A DNA stretch of 64,000 nucleotides from a candidate division WOR-3 bacterium. GTDB lineage: Bacteria > Hydrothermota > Hydrothermia > JBDRYB01. The position numbers and the translations under genes are program-made. Positions within the stretch are counted from its first letter, which is position 1, and each line of letters starts with the position of its first letter. Below are positions 62,478-64,000 of this stretch, piece after piece. The notes under the pieces are model-generated. The model did not search any database and had not been told where the DNA came from. It saw only the letters and a program-made list of their open reading frames with translations. Where the stretch lies: positions 1 through 64,000 of the forward strand of contig JBMFOM010000001.1 of assembly GCA_049969615.1 (NCBI GenBank), in the 5' to 3' direction.

Positions 62478-63695
62478 TTAAAACATATCTTTTATGTTCT
62501 CCCAGAATTGTTTGAAAACCACACGCGGCCTGGGTTTCAAAACACTCTGGCTCGCCATCTTCACCAGGCCGACCGCGACCGCGAAGTCAGCAGTGGCAAC
62601 GGCCTCGGAGAAGGACTCAACGCCCCTCGGCGTCCCTATGGTAACGGGGAGACTGAATATCTCCTCCGCCATCTCCCTGGCTCCGGGCAAGGCAGATGTG
62701 CCACCGACAAGGAGAATCGGCGTCCCGGCCCTCGTGACCCGATAAAGCCCCGCGCGCTCCAGCTCCGCCCTTATCCTGGTGAGGAGGTCACCAACCGCCT
62801 GCTCTATCACCTGGGAGAGCCTCCTTCTGGCAACGCCGTATTCAACGCCTCTCTTTGAATCCCGAACAGTTATGGTCTCTGCCTCGTCAACCGTGTAGTA
62901 GTTGCCCACGACGCCGTATTTCTCCTTCAGGTGGGCCGCTGTGGCCTGGCTCATCAGGAACTCAGCCGCTATGGCCTCGGTTATGTAATCCCCTCCCCAT
63001 TCCATCACATCAACATTCAGGAGCATCTCGTCCTGCCAGACAGCGACATCCGTCGTTGTCCTGCCAATATCAAGCAGGATAGCCCCCTCCTCAAAATCCT
63101 CCTCGTCCATGACCCCATACGAAGCCGCTATTGGCTGAAAGAAAAACAGGGGCTGACGTATTCCAGCGCTAGAGAGGCACGCAGTTATGTTCTCAAGAAA
63201 CACCCTGTCAGCAGTCACTATGTATGCCTCCAGCTCCAGCCTTACACCAGCGAGGCCAACCGGATTCTTTATGCCCCTGGTGGAATCAACCGCATACTGG
63301 TTGGGGTGGACATATATTATCTCGTGATTCGCCGGAAGCGAGATGGATTTCGCCTGCTCAAGGACGCGCTTCACATCATCCTGGGTTATGGGCTTGCCCT
63401 TTTTCACTGTCACAAGGCCGGACGAGCCTTTTGAGTATATCTGGCGACCCGTTATTCCGGCCGCGGGTATAAGGTTCTCCAGCTTTAGATCAGCCATCCT
63501 GCATGTCTCGGCCACCGCGGCCTTTATCACTGCGGTAGCCCTGTCCATGTTGACTATGACTCCCCCCCTTATTCCCCTGGACGGTACCTGGGCCGCTCCA
63601 TTTATGAATACCCTTCCGTCCCTGAGCTCTCCAGCAACGCAACGGATGAAGCCCGAACCCAGGTCCAATCCCAGAATACCTTCTTGTGTTTTCAT
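62478..63695 (-). CDS. ftsA: Cell division protein FtsA
   Basis: [28 protein letters not shown]; directly upstream of ftsZ. Confidence 0.93.
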   Translation of the reverse strand: MKTQEGILGLDLGSGFIRCVAGELRDGRVFINGAAQVPSRGIRGGVIVNMDRATAVIKAAVAETCRMADLKLENLIPAAGITGRQIYSKGSSGLVTVKKGKPITQDDVKRVLEQAKSISLPANHEIIYVHPNQYAVDSTRGIKNPVGLAGVRLELEAYIVTADRVFLENITACLSSAGIRQPLFFFQPIAASYGVMDEEDFEEGAILLDIGRTTTDVAVWQDEMLLNVDVMEWGGDYITEAIAAEFLMSQATAAHLKEKYGVVGNYYTVDEAETITVRDSKRGVEYGVARRRLSQVIEQAVGDLLTRIRAELERAGLYRVTRAGTPILLVGGTSALPGAREMAEEIFSLPVTIGTPRGVESFSEAVATADFAVAVGLVKMASQSVLKPRPRVVFKQFWENIKDMF

Positions 63696-64000
63696 GTGTC
63701 TCCTCCCGGCAAAAATTCTATTTCGGTCTCCAGGGCAACGCCATGAGCCTCCAGAACCCTCTTCCTGACGCGCTCAATGAGCTCGCGGACATCCCTGGCC
63801 GTGGCCTGTCCGAGGTTGACTATGAAATTGGCGTGGAGCGTGGAGACCATAGCATCGCCCACACGGAGGCCCTTCAGTCCAGCGGATTCAATGAGCGCAC
63901 CAGCGTGCCCGCCTGGCGGATTCTTGAATATACACCCAGCCGAGCGCTGGCCTATGGGCTGATGACGCTTCCTCTTCTCGTTGTAATAATACATCGCGTT
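63692..64000 (-). CDS. murB: UDP-N-acetylmuramate dehydrogenase, C-terminal part (cut by window edge)
   Basis: QP...[25 protein letters not shown]. Confidence 0.92.
   Translation of the reverse strand, partial: NAMYYYNEKRKRHQPIGQRSAGCIFKNPPGGHAGALIESAGLKGLRVGDAMVSTLHANFIVNLGQATARDVRELIERVRKRVLEAHGVALETEIEFLPGGDT

Noticed and set aside
1-64000. tRNA, rRNA, transposase, integrase or reverse transcriptase genes
   Set aside because: No diagnostic motifs seen in intergenic regions or ORFs

Overview
Bacterial chromosomal window, moderately GC-rich. Several secreted proteins end in T9SS/FlgD-Ig-like C-terminal domains, which suggests an FCB-related lineage such as candidate phylum WOR-3; this is an inference, not a database result. 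Housekeeping genes (holA, accC, aspS, gap, nth, panC, dnaN, mrp, murB-ftsA-ftsZ) are interleaved with secreted FG-GAP/peptidase genes. A complete type I-B (Tneap-like) cas operon (41433->33661, minus strand) is followed by a 12.2 kb CRISPR array of about 183 identical 30-bp repeats. Most notable: (1) a translationally coupled pair of a TIR/NDT-fold membrane-anchored protein and a PIN nuclease; (2) an intact Hanks Ser/Thr kinase fused to a UvrD/PcrA helicase, next to a NYN remnant; (3) mosaic MITE-like intergenic repeats whose end forms a sigma70 promoter in front of several genes; (4) at least 13 genes with a -10 box 6-7 nt before the start codon (apparently leaderless); (5) very short, uncharged N-terminal hydrophobic leaders on secreted proteins; (6) a CCN PAM readable from overlapping spacers. 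All motif calls were made by eye, with no searches run.
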